Shown here: piece by piece, positions 37,691-47,145 of the stretch
How the letters are laid out: each line of letters opens with the position of its first letter
Numbering within the stretch: the stretch's first letter is position 1
Translations under genes and position numbers: made by a program
Source of the DNA: Bacteroidales bacterium
Lineage (GTDB): Bacteria; Bacteroidota; Bacteroidia; Bacteroidales; ML635J-15
Assembly (NCBI GenBank): GCA_028702535.1
Contig: JAQVOR010000003.1
Span: 1 to 58,837 of the forward strand
DNA: 58,837 bases
Reading direction: 5' to 3'
The notes under the pieces: model-generated
Databases searched by the model: none
Told to the model about the DNA's origin: nothing
The model's input: the letters and a program-made list of their open reading frames with translations, nothing else

Positions 37691-40600
37691 CTATTTTATT
37701 ACTATTTTATTTTCTGATTTGATGTTATCAATTCCAATTACCAAATTATAAATTCCTGCACTATAATTACTTACATCAATTGAATACACATCAGTTCCTG
37801 CATATTTTTTATCAAAAATCAATTTCCCATCAATGCTAAACAATTGTATTTGAATATTAGATGTTGTCTCAAAAAATTCGATATTTAATATCTCTGATAC
37901 TGGATTAGGATAAATATTAATGTTTGATATTTCGTTAGTTTCAATATCTAAAACATAAATTATCTGCGAATAAACATCTTCCGAACATTGATTTGAAACA
38001 GTTAATGATGTAGCAAACTGACCAATTTCAGAGAAAGTATAAGTAACATCTCCAACCGTGTTACTATCAATAACATCATCACCATTAAAATCCCAAAAAT
38101 AATCTACTGCATTTTGAGATGAGTCACTAAAATATACTTCCAAATCACTAAGAAAATGATAAGAAAATTCTGCTATTGGATAGTCTATAAATTCGATATT
38201 AACAATATCAAATCCTGTACAACCAAATTCATCAGTAACGGTTACACCATAAGTTCCGGACTCTATTATTGTATTAGTTTGACCAATACTGTCATTACTC
38301 CAGCTGTATTCTTCAAATTCGCCTGCATCAAGTATAAGTTCTGTATCGGAGCAAACGGTTTGATCATCACCAAGCTCAACATAAGGCAATGGATGAATGC
38401 CTACATTTATTGTATCTTTAGCAAGACAACCATAAATATCAGTAACAATAACAGAATATTCACCTGCTTCACTAACCGACACAGACGAGCTTGTTTGACC
38501 ATTGCTCCAAATAATATCAGTAATATGACTTTGAATAAAATCATTTGTAATATTAGAATGACTGCCAACTGGAGGCATAACACTCATATCAATAAAATAA
38601 TCTTCGCCAGTATCTGGATTATTTGCCGTTAAAGTTCCATCAAAGTTTCTAAATGACAAATTGATTCCCAACAAATTACTTTCAACTGGAAATCCGAAAT
38701 ATGTAAGTGGATTTAAAGTTATTTTCCAAGTATTTACATCATGTTGTGTCATCAGTCCAACACCATCATCGTCTCCCCAATTTCCACTGACATAATCCCA
38801 GGAAGTACCACCTGCCAAATGAACACCAGCGTGCATATATATTTTATCGAGGGCAGCAAAATCAGCATTATCGAGCGTACTGAAATATATAGTCAAAGTA
38901 TCTCCATAAGGTTTCACAACTAAATTAGTATTTAATAAAACTGAGCTTCCACCACAAACATTTATGTCCTCACCAAGATCTAAAGTAAATGTACAGCCTT
39001 CCTCATCATTTGTTGCAGCAGTTGCATCAATTGAAGCAGAATAATAATTGTTATTTATTGTGTAAATTTTATAATTATATGTTGTATTATTAATTAATCC
39101 TGAATGAATAAAACTTGCAGCATTTCCTTTATAAATAACTTCGGCATCGTCAATAGTTTCGCTAACAGAATAAGTTACACCTTGCGTAGGCTCAGTACTT
39201 ATTGCGTCAGTTTCTTTAGCAAGTATCATAACATTAGTAAAACTAAGATCGGCTGTCCAATTCAAATTTATTCGTGTACCATCTAAAACGGCTGCATTCA
39301 CTGCTGTAGCAGGTGGCAGTGCCATTGTTTCAATTGTATAAATAGCGTTTAAAGCATTATCTTCAGACCAATCGGCAGAGTTTGCATAAAACCATGATCC
39401 TTGAGGGGAGTTTCGTACTCGTCCAGCATAATAAACACTTCCAATTTCATTAGCAAGAGTAATAAGTGAATGAACACGTTTGTTATCTCCTTCGCCATCT
39501 TCGTACCATTCGGCGTTATTCCAATTCCATTCAGCAGCATTATCAGCTATGACACCAAAACCAATTTGAACTCCGTCCCACTCAAGCTGTCCAATCTCCA
39601 TATTTATCCAATACGAAGCATTATCACCCAAATATCTTTGATAATTATCGGAGGTTAACAAGTGAGAATGAATTGTAATACTTTCGTCAATAGCAGTAAT
39701 TGTCATTGAATTAGAAGTAAGAGCATTTCCCAGATTAAGCTCAATTCCAGCAACCGAAATACTAAAGTCTGTAATATCGACATCAAAGTTTGTTCCATCA
39801 AAAGAAAGCGTTACTGTAGCATTATTAGGATCAACATAAGTTACATCGGAAATATCTAATCCAACAGGAGCATTATTTAAAGTAAAATTATTAACATCAA
39901 GAACTGCATCTACAAAATAATCATCAAGAACATTTAAACTTATTTCCATACCATCAAGATTTTCTTCTGTAAGAGCTTCGGTAGGAGTTGCAGTTAAAAT
40001 AGGATCTGATGTAATTATAAACGAAGCTATATAATTTGCTCCAGCATTATTACGATAAAGTGTTGCTCCACCACCAGTTTCAGCTTCATAATAAACTTCG
40101 AGAAAATAAGTTCCATCTACTGCTCCGTCTATCAAATTAATATCAATTTCGTCTGGAGCATCGTTCCACCAAAGCTTATCAGTATTTATTCCAGAAATCC
40201 ATTCTGAAAAATAAGGTAAATCAACATTAACAAATGCACCGGGCGTATCTTCATCTTTATAAATTCGATAATTCATTGCCGCCGAAACTATTTCACCTGA
40301 AGCATCCTGCCAAGTAAAAACCTGTCCAGTTTTAAAATATAATGACATTCCAGAATTAAAAGAGCCAAAATTATGTCCGTTAAAATCTACTTCATCATAC
40401 CAAGTATCATCGCCAGCACCTTCCCACATAGAGACTTTACACATATATATATCTTGATGCATTATATCAGCATAAATTGTCAAATTATTTGTAGTTAAAG
40501 CATCAGTTCCAGCAAGTTCATCAGCAGATATTGTAATTGAAAAATCTGTAATATTATCAGTAAAATCTGTACCATCAAATCCTAAAACAACTGTAATATT

Positions 40601-41521
40601 ATTTGCATCAACATATATTACATTAGAAATTGTCAAACCAGTGGGAGCATTATTTAATGTAATATTTAGAGGATCAACTGTTTCATCAACAAAACTATCG
40701 TTAAATATTTCGATATTTATTTCCGCATTATTAAGAGTATTCTCAATTAAATCTGACGAAACAGACGCTTCAGCATAAGCACTTGCCGAAATTACAGTAT
40801 AAGTATAATTATCTCCTGCATTATTATTAGCATTAAGTGTAGAAAAATCGGTATTATCGGTAACAAAACTTAAAACCATAGCAGACGAAAAAACATAATA
40901 CTCTACAACTGTTGCAGCCGATTGTGCTGGAATAACACCTTGATAGTTTGTAGCAGTACCAGAACATTCAACAATAAATGAAGAAGTCCAATCGTCGGTT
41001 GTATATCTAATATAAATAGTTTCTTGCGGAGACAATTCAGCCGAAGTCGTAATACTAACAGTAACTTCGTTTTCGTTTTGCAACAAGCTGTTATCCGAAA
41101 CCGCTAGTAACTCGACTGGAGCAGCATCTGTTTCCATAATCACAAAACGTCTATTCCACCATGTTTCATTACCTTCGAGCCTAAATGTGTAAAACTTACC
41201 AGCATAGAAACTCTTTGTAAAATCATTTGGCGAATCTCCCGAGTTGCTACCTCTCATTTGCCCTTCGGATGTATTCACAATTGGATTGTACGATTCGGGT
41301 GGAAGATACCCCCATTGCAAAGTCCAATCAGCATATTGATCTATTTTAAATCCTGCACCTAAAGTATCTTCAGCTACCTCAATAGTAATATTGTAATGGC
41401 TGTAATATAATTCCATTAGGTCAGTATTGCCCCATGAATTAAAAGCTCCACGCAAATATTGGGCATTAAGAATTATAGCAGAAAATGCTACAAAAACGAA
41501 TAATAATAGTGTCTTTTTCAT
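37691..41521 (-). CDS. Large (1276 aa) secreted multi-domain T9SS type-A cargo, putative starch/glycan-binding surface protein
   Basis: Signal peptide. N-terminal YLRGAFNSWGN CBM-like region. Two diverged about 90-aa internal repeats. FN3-like region. The shared YMHAG...GNWGDDDGVGLM module. PKD domain (YFWDFNGDD). C-terminus IYPNPVSEILNIEF. Confidence 0.7.
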   Translation of the reverse strand: MKKTLLLFVFVAFSAIILNAQYLRGAFNSWGNTDLMELYYSHYNITIEVAEDTLGAGFKIDQYADWTLQWGYLPPESYNPIVNTSEGQMRGSNSGDSPNDFTKSFYAGKFYTFRLEGNETWWNRRFVIMETDAAPVELLAVSDNSLLQNENEVTVSITTSAELSPQETIYIRYTTDDWTSSFIVECSGTATNYQGVIPAQSAATVVEYYVFSSAMVLSFVTDNTDFSTLNANNNAGDNYTYTVISASAYAEASVSSDLIENTLNNAEINIEIFNDSFVDETVDPLNITLNNAPTGLTISNVIYVDANNITVVLGFDGTDFTDNITDFSITISADELAGTDALTTNNLTIYADIMHQDIYMCKVSMWEGAGDDTWYDEVDFNGHNFGSFNSGMSLYFKTGQVFTWQDASGEIVSAAMNYRIYKDEDTPGAFVNVDLPYFSEWISGINTDKLWWNDAPDEIDINLIDGAVDGTYFLEVYYEAETGGGATLYRNNAGANYIASFIITSDPILTATPTEALTEENLDGMEISLNVLDDYFVDAVLDVNNFTLNNAPVGLDISDVTYVDPNNATVTLSFDGTNFDVDITDFSISVAGIELNLGNALTSNSMTITAIDESITIHSHLLTSDNYQRYLGDNASYWINMEIGQLEWDGVQIGFGVIADNAAEWNWNNAEWYEDGEGDNKRVHSLITLANEIGSVYYAGRVRNSPQGSWFYANSADWSEDNALNAIYTIETMALPPATAVNAAVLDGTRINLNWTADLSFTNVMILAKETDAISTEPTQGVTYSVSETIDDAEVIYKGNAASFIHSGLINNTTYNYKIYTINNNYYSASIDATAATNDEEGCTFTLDLGEDINVCGGSSVLLNTNLVVKPYGDTLTIYFSTLDNADFAALDKIYMHAGVHLAGGTSWDYVSGNWGDDDGVGLMTQHDVNTWKITLNPLTYFGFPVESNLLGINLSFRNFDGTLTANNPDTGEDYFIDMSVMPPVGSHSNITNDFIQSHITDIIWSNGQTSSSVSVSEAGEYSVIVTDIYGCLAKDTINVGIHPLPYVELGDDQTVCSDTELILDAGEFEEYSWSNDSIGQTNTIIESGTYGVTVTDEFGCTGFDIVNIEFIDYPIAEFSYHFLSDLEVYFSDSSQNAVDYFWDFNGDDVIDSNTVGDVTYTFSEIGQFATSLTVSNQCSEDVYSQIIYVLDIETNEISNINIYPNPVSEILNIEFFETTSNIQIQLFSIDGKLIFDKKYAGTDVYSIDVSNYSAGIYNLVIGIDNIKSENKIVIK

Positions 41522-41618
41522 CTCATATAATTTTTACTTTTACAATAATACGGTTTTTTTAGGATATTTGACAAGTTGAATGAGGAAAAGTTATGTTCAA
41601 GCTTAAAAACCAGAGTTA

Positions 41619-41666
41619 GACATCAATTATAGTTGTGGAATCATAATAATCATTTTGCCAATTTTT
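41619..41666 (-). pseudogene. 48-bp remnant of a third RAYT-type transposase copy
   Basis: 46/48 identical to 42929-42976 of the copy at 42824-43291 (the WQNDYYDS region). Confidence 0.6.
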
Positions 41667-41675
41667 TCGACTTAC

Positions 41676-42725
41676 TCATTTTTTGTCTTTTTTTGATGAT
41701 GCAAGATGCTTCAAGATTTTATCAAAATCACTTTCTAATGTTTTATCCTGAATAATTCTATATTTTTTAAATTCGGTTTCAGCCAGTACTAAAGCAACTT
41801 CGTGCGATACTTTACCCTGATGTTTTAAAACTGCTACTTCATTAAACTGTAAAAACGCATCCAATTTCATTACCCAATCTTTCATATTCATAATCACACA
41901 TTTACGTGCCTGACTTTCCGCATAATTCAAATACATGTTTACTATTCTATTTAAGCCATCAAGTTCTTTTTCACTTAAATAATTTTTAGCAATGCCAACA
42001 TCTGTTTTACGAATACTTCCTTTTGGTGAATTTTTCCAAGTTGTCAAACCCATATATTCTTTAGAGCAATCAGCTCTCGAGACTATAATTTCGGCAGCCG
42101 TTTAACCTGTGATTGCCCAATGTAATTTATTTTGAACACTTGCAAAAAGATCTTTGGTGATTTGTGAATCCACATTATAATCGGCACTACATTGCGAATA
42201 TATATCAGTAATTTTCTGATAAAACCGCCGCTCACTACTGCGTATATCACGGATACGAGCAAGCTGTTCTTCAAAATAATCTTTTCCAAAAACACTATAT
42301 GGGTTTTTAAATCGTTCATCATCCATAGTAAAACCTTTAATGATATATTCCTTTAAACGCTCAGTTGCCCAAACTCGAAAAGCCGTTGCCTGTGTACTGT
42401 TTATACGGTAACCAATAGAAATTATAGCATCAAGGTTATAAAATTTCACTTTTACTTCCTGAGTTTTCCCTTTAATTGCACCATGTTGAGTGGTATGTTC
42501 CAAAATGGAACTAACCACTTCTTCGTCAAGTTCGCCCGATGAAAATATGTTTTTTAGGTGCTTTGTTACAGCAGGACGTTGCACCCCAAACAAATCTGCA
42601 ATTTTTTGCTGCGTTAACCAAATAGTTTCATTTTTCAAGTATATTTCGACCTTTACTTTACCATTAGGCGTAGTGTATAATAATATTTCGCTAAAACCTT
42701 CAGGAACAAGTTCTTTATTCTTCAT
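41676..42725 (-). pseudogene. rhuM: RhuM-family (virulence-associated, Fic/DOC-related) gene interrupted by a single in-frame TAA at 42102-42104
   Basis: ORFs 42102-42725 and 41676-42053 are in the same frame. Read-through gives ...HWAITG*TAAEIIVSRADCSKEYMGLTTWKN..., continuous with the layout of full-length RhuM proteins. Confidence 0.7.
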
Positions 42726-42823
42726 ATCAAACTGATTTTTCTGGTTAATAAACTCTGCACAAATCTACAAATAAAATTGCCACTAATATTCATTATAACT
42801 TGTAATCACAAATTCAAAGTTAC

Positions 42824-43291
42824 TTATAGTGCAAAGTTGCAAATATTTGTTGAGGTAAGGACAATTTTTATCGCAATTTTCATTTTTTTTGGATTATCAA
42901 TAATATATTGTTTTACACCTGGATAATTGACATCAATTTTAATTGTGGAATCATAATAATCATTTTGCCAATTTTTATATCCCAGGGTATTTCTGACAAT
43001 ATTTATATATTTTGATGTTAACATTTTAAATTTCCCCATAATTTTGGGTATAATCATTTCAACAGGTTCAATGCGGCTCATGTTTCGGCGATATAAACGA
43101 TATTGTTCGGGGGTGCAATGTAGGTCAAATTCATGGTTCTTGAGCGGAGCCGAAAGATGAATTTGACCTACAACACCCCCAATGTTTGAAATTCCATTAT
43201 CAAAACCATAATCCCGCAAAACAATTATGATATGAATATGATTGGGCATTATCACCCATTCGTCCAAAACAATTTCGATATGTTGTATTTT
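42824..43291 (-). pseudogene. 5'-truncated REP-associated tyrosine transposase (RAYT, IS200/IS605 TnpA-like)
   Basis: HUH motif MPNHIHIII. Tyrosine motif NWQNDYYDSTI. C-terminal YIIDNPKKM. The N-terminal about 60 aa expected for the family are replaced by repeat DNA. Confidence 0.7.
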
Positions 43292-43310
43292 TAAAACCCC
43301 ATTGATACGA

Positions 43311-43426
43311 AAAACCACGTAAATACGCAAAACCACGATGATACGTATAATCATATAGATACGTATCATCATATAGATACGTATCATCATATAGATACGC
43401 AGGACCGTGCGTATCTACGTGGTTTT
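43311..43426. repeat. 19-bp inverted repeat (18/19) enclosing three copies of an 18-bp tandem repeat
   Basis: AAAACCACGTAAATACGCA (43311-43329) pairs with TGCGTATCTACGTGGTTTT (43408-43426). GATACGTAT(A/C)ATCATATA x3 at 43340-43393. Confidence 0.85.
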
Positions 43427-43447
43427 GACCTGCATTTGCATCATTGA

Positions 43448-43582
43448 TTACAATCCCATTTTTTTTAAATTATCAATAATATATTGTTTTACACCTGAAT
43501 AATCAACATCAATTTTAATTATTGAATCATAATAATAATTTTGCCAATTTTTACGATTAGATGTATTTCGAATAATATTATT
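43448..43582 (-). pseudogene. C-terminal remnant of a second RAYT copy
   Basis: NIIRNTSNRKNWQNYYYDSIIKIDVDYSGVKQYIIDNLKKM parallels the C-terminus of the 42824-43291 copy. DNA about 85-90 percent similar by eye. Confidence 0.6.
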
Positions 43583-43698
43583 TTGTTTTATACCCAAATG
43601 AATCACAAAACATCGCATATAAATTGATTGTTCTGATGCGATATCAAACAACGAAATTATTCTTTGCAGTTATTTCCATTTTTTGCTAATTTTGAGCC

Positions 43699-43983
43699 AT
43701 GATTCAATGGCTTGAACACTATATGATACCATGTCCAATAAAACAGATAACTGGATTACCATGTCCTGGATGTGGTGTGCAAAGAGCTATCATTGAGCTA
43801 ATTAAAGGAAATGTTATTGAAAGCATAATTAGTTATCCTGCACTTATACCTTTAATTATAATGTTCTGCTTTTTAGTGCTACACTTAAAATTCGAGTTTA
43901 AACATGGAGCTGCTATACTCAAATATTTTTTTATTATTAATGCAATAATCATATCTATAAATTATATCTTTGAATTTATTTAA
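43699..43983 (+). CDS. DUF2752-family small membrane protein
   Basis: CPIKQITGLPCPGCGVQRA motif followed by 2-3 TM helices. Confidence 0.7.
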   Translation: MIQWLEHYMIPCPIKQITGLPCPGCGVQRAIIELIKGNVIESIISYPALIPLIIMFCFLVLHLKFEFKHGAAILKYFFIINAIIISINYIFEFI

Positions 43984-44000
43984 AATTAAAATACTTACAA

Positions 44001-44654
44001 ATGGAAACCGAAAATAACGATAAAAACAAAACCAATGTTCCGAATGAGCAAAACAACAAACGCCCTGATATTCCGGAGATAAGTCAGATTCCACCAATTC
44101 CTGGACAAGAGGAATATCAACAAGAATCTATAGACAGAGGTTTTGCTGGAAATATAAATCCAAATGGAAATAATCAGGAAACTACCGCTCAACAAAATCA
44201 GCAACAAGCAAATCAGCAACAAAATCAGCAACAAACAAATCAACAAGCAAATCAGCAAAACTACACACAGCAACCGCCAAACACATATCAGCAAACAAAC
44301 AATCCTTATCCTAACACATTTAAAATTAAAATTCCTAATTCGGGAGGGATACTAACACTTGGAATATTATCTATTTTAAGTTTATGTTGTTGTGGTCCTT
44401 TTCTCGGTCCTATTCTTGCAATAATTGCATTAGCATTAATTCCTAAGGCAAAGCGTTCGTACAACGAAAATCCAACATTATACAAGACTTCATCAATAGG
44501 CAATCTCAAAGCTGGACAAATATGTGCTATTATCGGGCTATCGCTCGGAATATTGCTTGCACTTTTCACGATATACATGTACATTGGCAATCCTGAAGAC
44601 ATGAACGAAATAAATCAAGCGATTAACGAGGCTTGGAACGAAACGGGCTATTAG
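44001..44654 (+). CDS. CCC-motif (DUF4190-like) membrane protein with a Q/N-rich low-complexity N-terminus
   Basis: LSILSLCCCGPFLGPILAIIALAL and a second TM helix. N-terminal QQNQQQANQQQNQQQTNQQANQQ. Confidence 0.65.
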   Translation: METENNDKNKTNVPNEQNNKRPDIPEISQIPPIPGQEEYQQESIDRGFAGNINPNGNNQETTAQQNQQQANQQQNQQQTNQQANQQNYTQQPPNTYQQTNNPYPNTFKIKIPNSGGILTLGILSILSLCCCGPFLGPILAIIALALIPKAKRSYNENPTLYKTSSIGNLKAGQICAIIGLSLGILLALFTIYMYIGNPEDMNEINQAINEAWNETGY

Positions 44655-44655
44655 T

Positions 44656-45690
44656 ATGATTTTATCAGAAAGAATAAAAATATTATCAGAATTAGGCAAT
44701 AGTTTTGATGAAGTTTGTAAAAATAGCAGCTTTGGAAATTTTCCAGGATTTAATAAAATCGAAATTCACAATCCTTGGTTTATTGAGGATAATGTAAGAT
44801 TTGCACTTAAAGAATGGAGCAAACTTCTACAATTAGAGGCTCTAAACAAATGGTTATCTGAATATAAAATCTCAGATAAAAACAATAAAAACATAAAATT
44901 GGGAATTATCTCTGCTGGAAATATTCCATTAGTGGGGCTTCATGATTTAATTTGTGGGTTTGTTTGCGGAACTCAAGTAAAAGTCAAGCTTTCGTCAAAA
45001 GATAATATTCTGATGAAGTGGGTGATTGAGCTTATAAATGACTCCATAATTGATGAATCTGATAAAATTATTGCGACAGAAGAAAGACTTGTAGATTTTG
45101 ATGCTGTCATAGCAACAGGTAGCAATAACACAAATCGTTATTTTGAATATTATTTTAGTGGATATCCTAAAATATTACGTCATAATCGTAATTCGGTGGC
45201 AGTAATAACAGGCAAAGAGACAAAACAAGAACTTGAGTTATTAGCAGATGATGTTTTTCGATATTTTGGACTTGGTTGTCGTAATATTTCGGCTCTTTTT
45301 GTTCCTGAGAATTACAATTTTGACCTTATGGGACAAGCGTTTCAAAAATATTTGAGCGTCGCTGATAATAATAAATATGCTAACAATCTTGTCTATCAAT
45401 ACACAATAATATCAATGAACCAAATGCTGCATATTAATTTTGGAAATTGTCTTTTAGTAGAAAATAGCAATTTACATTCGCCAATTTCAGTGCTTCACTA
45501 TAGTTATTACAACAAAATACAAGATGTTGAGGATTTATTAGAAAACAATCAAGAAAATATCCAATGTATTGTAAGTATTGACGATAAAATCAAAAACAGC
45601 ATACAACCTGGCAAAACACAACAGCCAAAATTAAATGAATATGCAGATAATATTGACACAATAGAATTTTTATTAAATTTGCAATTATGA
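44656..45690 (+). CDS. LuxC-like acyl-CoA reductase family protein
   Basis: 344 aa. FGLGCRN motif and general resemblance to Bacteroidota LuxC-family proteins. Confidence 0.6.
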   Translation: MILSERIKILSELGNSFDEVCKNSSFGNFPGFNKIEIHNPWFIEDNVRFALKEWSKLLQLEALNKWLSEYKISDKNNKNIKLGIISAGNIPLVGLHDLICGFVCGTQVKVKLSSKDNILMKWVIELINDSIIDESDKIIATEERLVDFDAVIATGSNNTNRYFEYYFSGYPKILRHNRNSVAVITGKETKQELELLADDVFRYFGLGCRNISALFVPENYNFDLMGQAFQKYLSVADNNKYANNLVYQYTIISMNQMLHINFGNCLLVENSNLHSPISVLHYSYYNKIQDVEDLLENNQENIQCIVSIDDKIKNSIQPGKTQQPKLNEYADNIDTIEFLLNLQL

Positions 45691-46208
45691 TTATTAAGTA
45701 CCGACTCATATCAGCTGAAAGTGATGAATTTGTTAGAGATATTGAGATATACTCTGATAATACTTTCGAGGATTTGCACAATGCAATACAAGTGTCATGC
45801 GATTATGATTCTTTATTAATGAGCAGTTTTTACTTATCAAATAAAAATTGGGATAAGTTGCAAGAAATTGTGGAAGAAATAATTGATGAAGAATTCCAAA
45901 CAGAAGTAATGCTAATGAAAGAGACCGAACTTTCGGATTTGAATCCTAAAAAAGCTCAGCGATACATTTATCTGTTTGATTTCTTTTCGGAGCGATCATT
46001 TTTTATAGAGATTGTCAATATTAGAGAGAAAACATGCGAAGATAAAAAAATTGAGTTTCCGGTTTGTACACTTTCACAAGGAGAAGCTCCAAAACAGGTA
46101 TTTATTGATGATGAAATTCCAGATGATTTTGATGAAGAAGCTCCTGATGAGTTTTTTGATAATCCCGAAGATTTTGGTTTTGAAAACATTGATGACTACG
46201 ACCTTTAA
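45687..46208 (+). CDS. Acidic hypothetical protein, possibly pRiA4b ORF-3-like fold
   Basis: YRLISAESDEFVRDIEIYSDNTFEDLHNAIQ pattern. ATGA start/stop overlap with the upstream gene. Confidence 0.45.
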   Translation: MIIKYRLISAESDEFVRDIEIYSDNTFEDLHNAIQVSCDYDSLLMSSFYLSNKNWDKLQEIVEEIIDEEFQTEVMLMKETELSDLNPKKAQRYIYLFDFFSERSFFIEIVNIREKTCEDKKIEFPVCTLSQGEAPKQVFIDDEIPDDFDEEAPDEFFDNPEDFGFENIDDYDL

Positions 46209-47122
46209 TGAATAAAAACAAACATCTTGTAATAGTTTTTGGACCTACAGGAGTAGGAAAAACTGATGTAAGCATTCAACTTGCATTATATTTTGGAGCA
46301 GAAATTTTTTCGTACGATTCACGACAGTTTTACAAAGAACTTGGCATTGGAGTTGCAAAACCAGACGCTAATCAATTAAGCAAAGTAAAACACCACTTTA
46401 TTAATAATGTATCTATTCACGACCACTATAGTATAAGCCAATTTGAGACAGAAGCAATATCAGCACTTGACGAATATTTTAAAACTAATGATATTGCAAT
46501 TATGGTTGGTGGCAGCGGCTTGTATGTGGACGCTATATGTAAAGGTGTGGATATAATGCCCGATCATGACGAAAAAATTAGACAAGAAGTTATTGAATTT
46601 TACGAAAACAATGGAATCGAAGCACTCAGATTTGAGTTAAAAAAGATTGATCCCGAATATTACAAAATTGTAGATCTTAAAAATCCGCAAAGATTATTAC
46701 GTGCAATAGAGATTTACAGAGCCACTGGCAAACCTTTTTCTCAATTCCGCACAAATAAAACTGCAAATAGAAACTTTAATATTATAAAACTTGGCATAGA
46801 TTTAGATAGAGAAATTTTGTATAACAGGATTAATGATAGAGTTGACAACATGATTAAAAATGGTTTAATTAAAGAAGCAAACCATTTACATAAATACAGA
46901 GGGCTTGTCGCTTTAAAAACAATTGGTTATACAGAGTTCTTTAATTATTTTGAAACTGGTAATGAACAAAATCTTGAAAAAACTGTTCAATTGCTCAAAC
47001 GAAACACACGTCATTATGCTCGAAGACAGCTAACTTGGTTTAGAAGATATAAAGATGCAAAGTGGTTCGGACCAAAGGACTTAGAAGAGATTAAAGAATA
47101 TGTTAATTTAAAAGTAAAATAA
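46208..47122 (+). CDS. miaA: tRNA dimethylallyltransferase
   Basis: GPTGVGKT P-loop, SRQFYKELGIGVAKP, GGSGLY, TRHYARRQLTWF. Confidence 0.9.
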   Translation: MNKNKHLVIVFGPTGVGKTDVSIQLALYFGAEIFSYDSRQFYKELGIGVAKPDANQLSKVKHHFINNVSIHDHYSISQFETEAISALDEYFKTNDIAIMVGGSGLYVDAICKGVDIMPDHDEKIRQEVIEFYENNGIEALRFELKKIDPEYYKIVDLKNPQRLLRAIEIYRATGKPFSQFRTNKTANRNFNIIKLGIDLDREILYNRINDRVDNMIKNGLIKEANHLHKYRGLVALKTIGYTEFFNYFETGNEQNLEKTVQLLKRNTRHYARRQLTWFRRYKDAKWFGPKDLEEIKEYVNLKVK

Positions 47123-47145
47123 GTTTAATTAATAAAAATGCAGGT

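Noticed and set aside
42824-43390. Full 188-aa ORF as an intact transposase.
   Set aside because: The first about 33 codons (MMIRIYMMIRIY...) are a translation of the 18-bp tandem repeat and palindrome. The conserved N-terminal strand of HUH transposases is missing, so it is called truncated.
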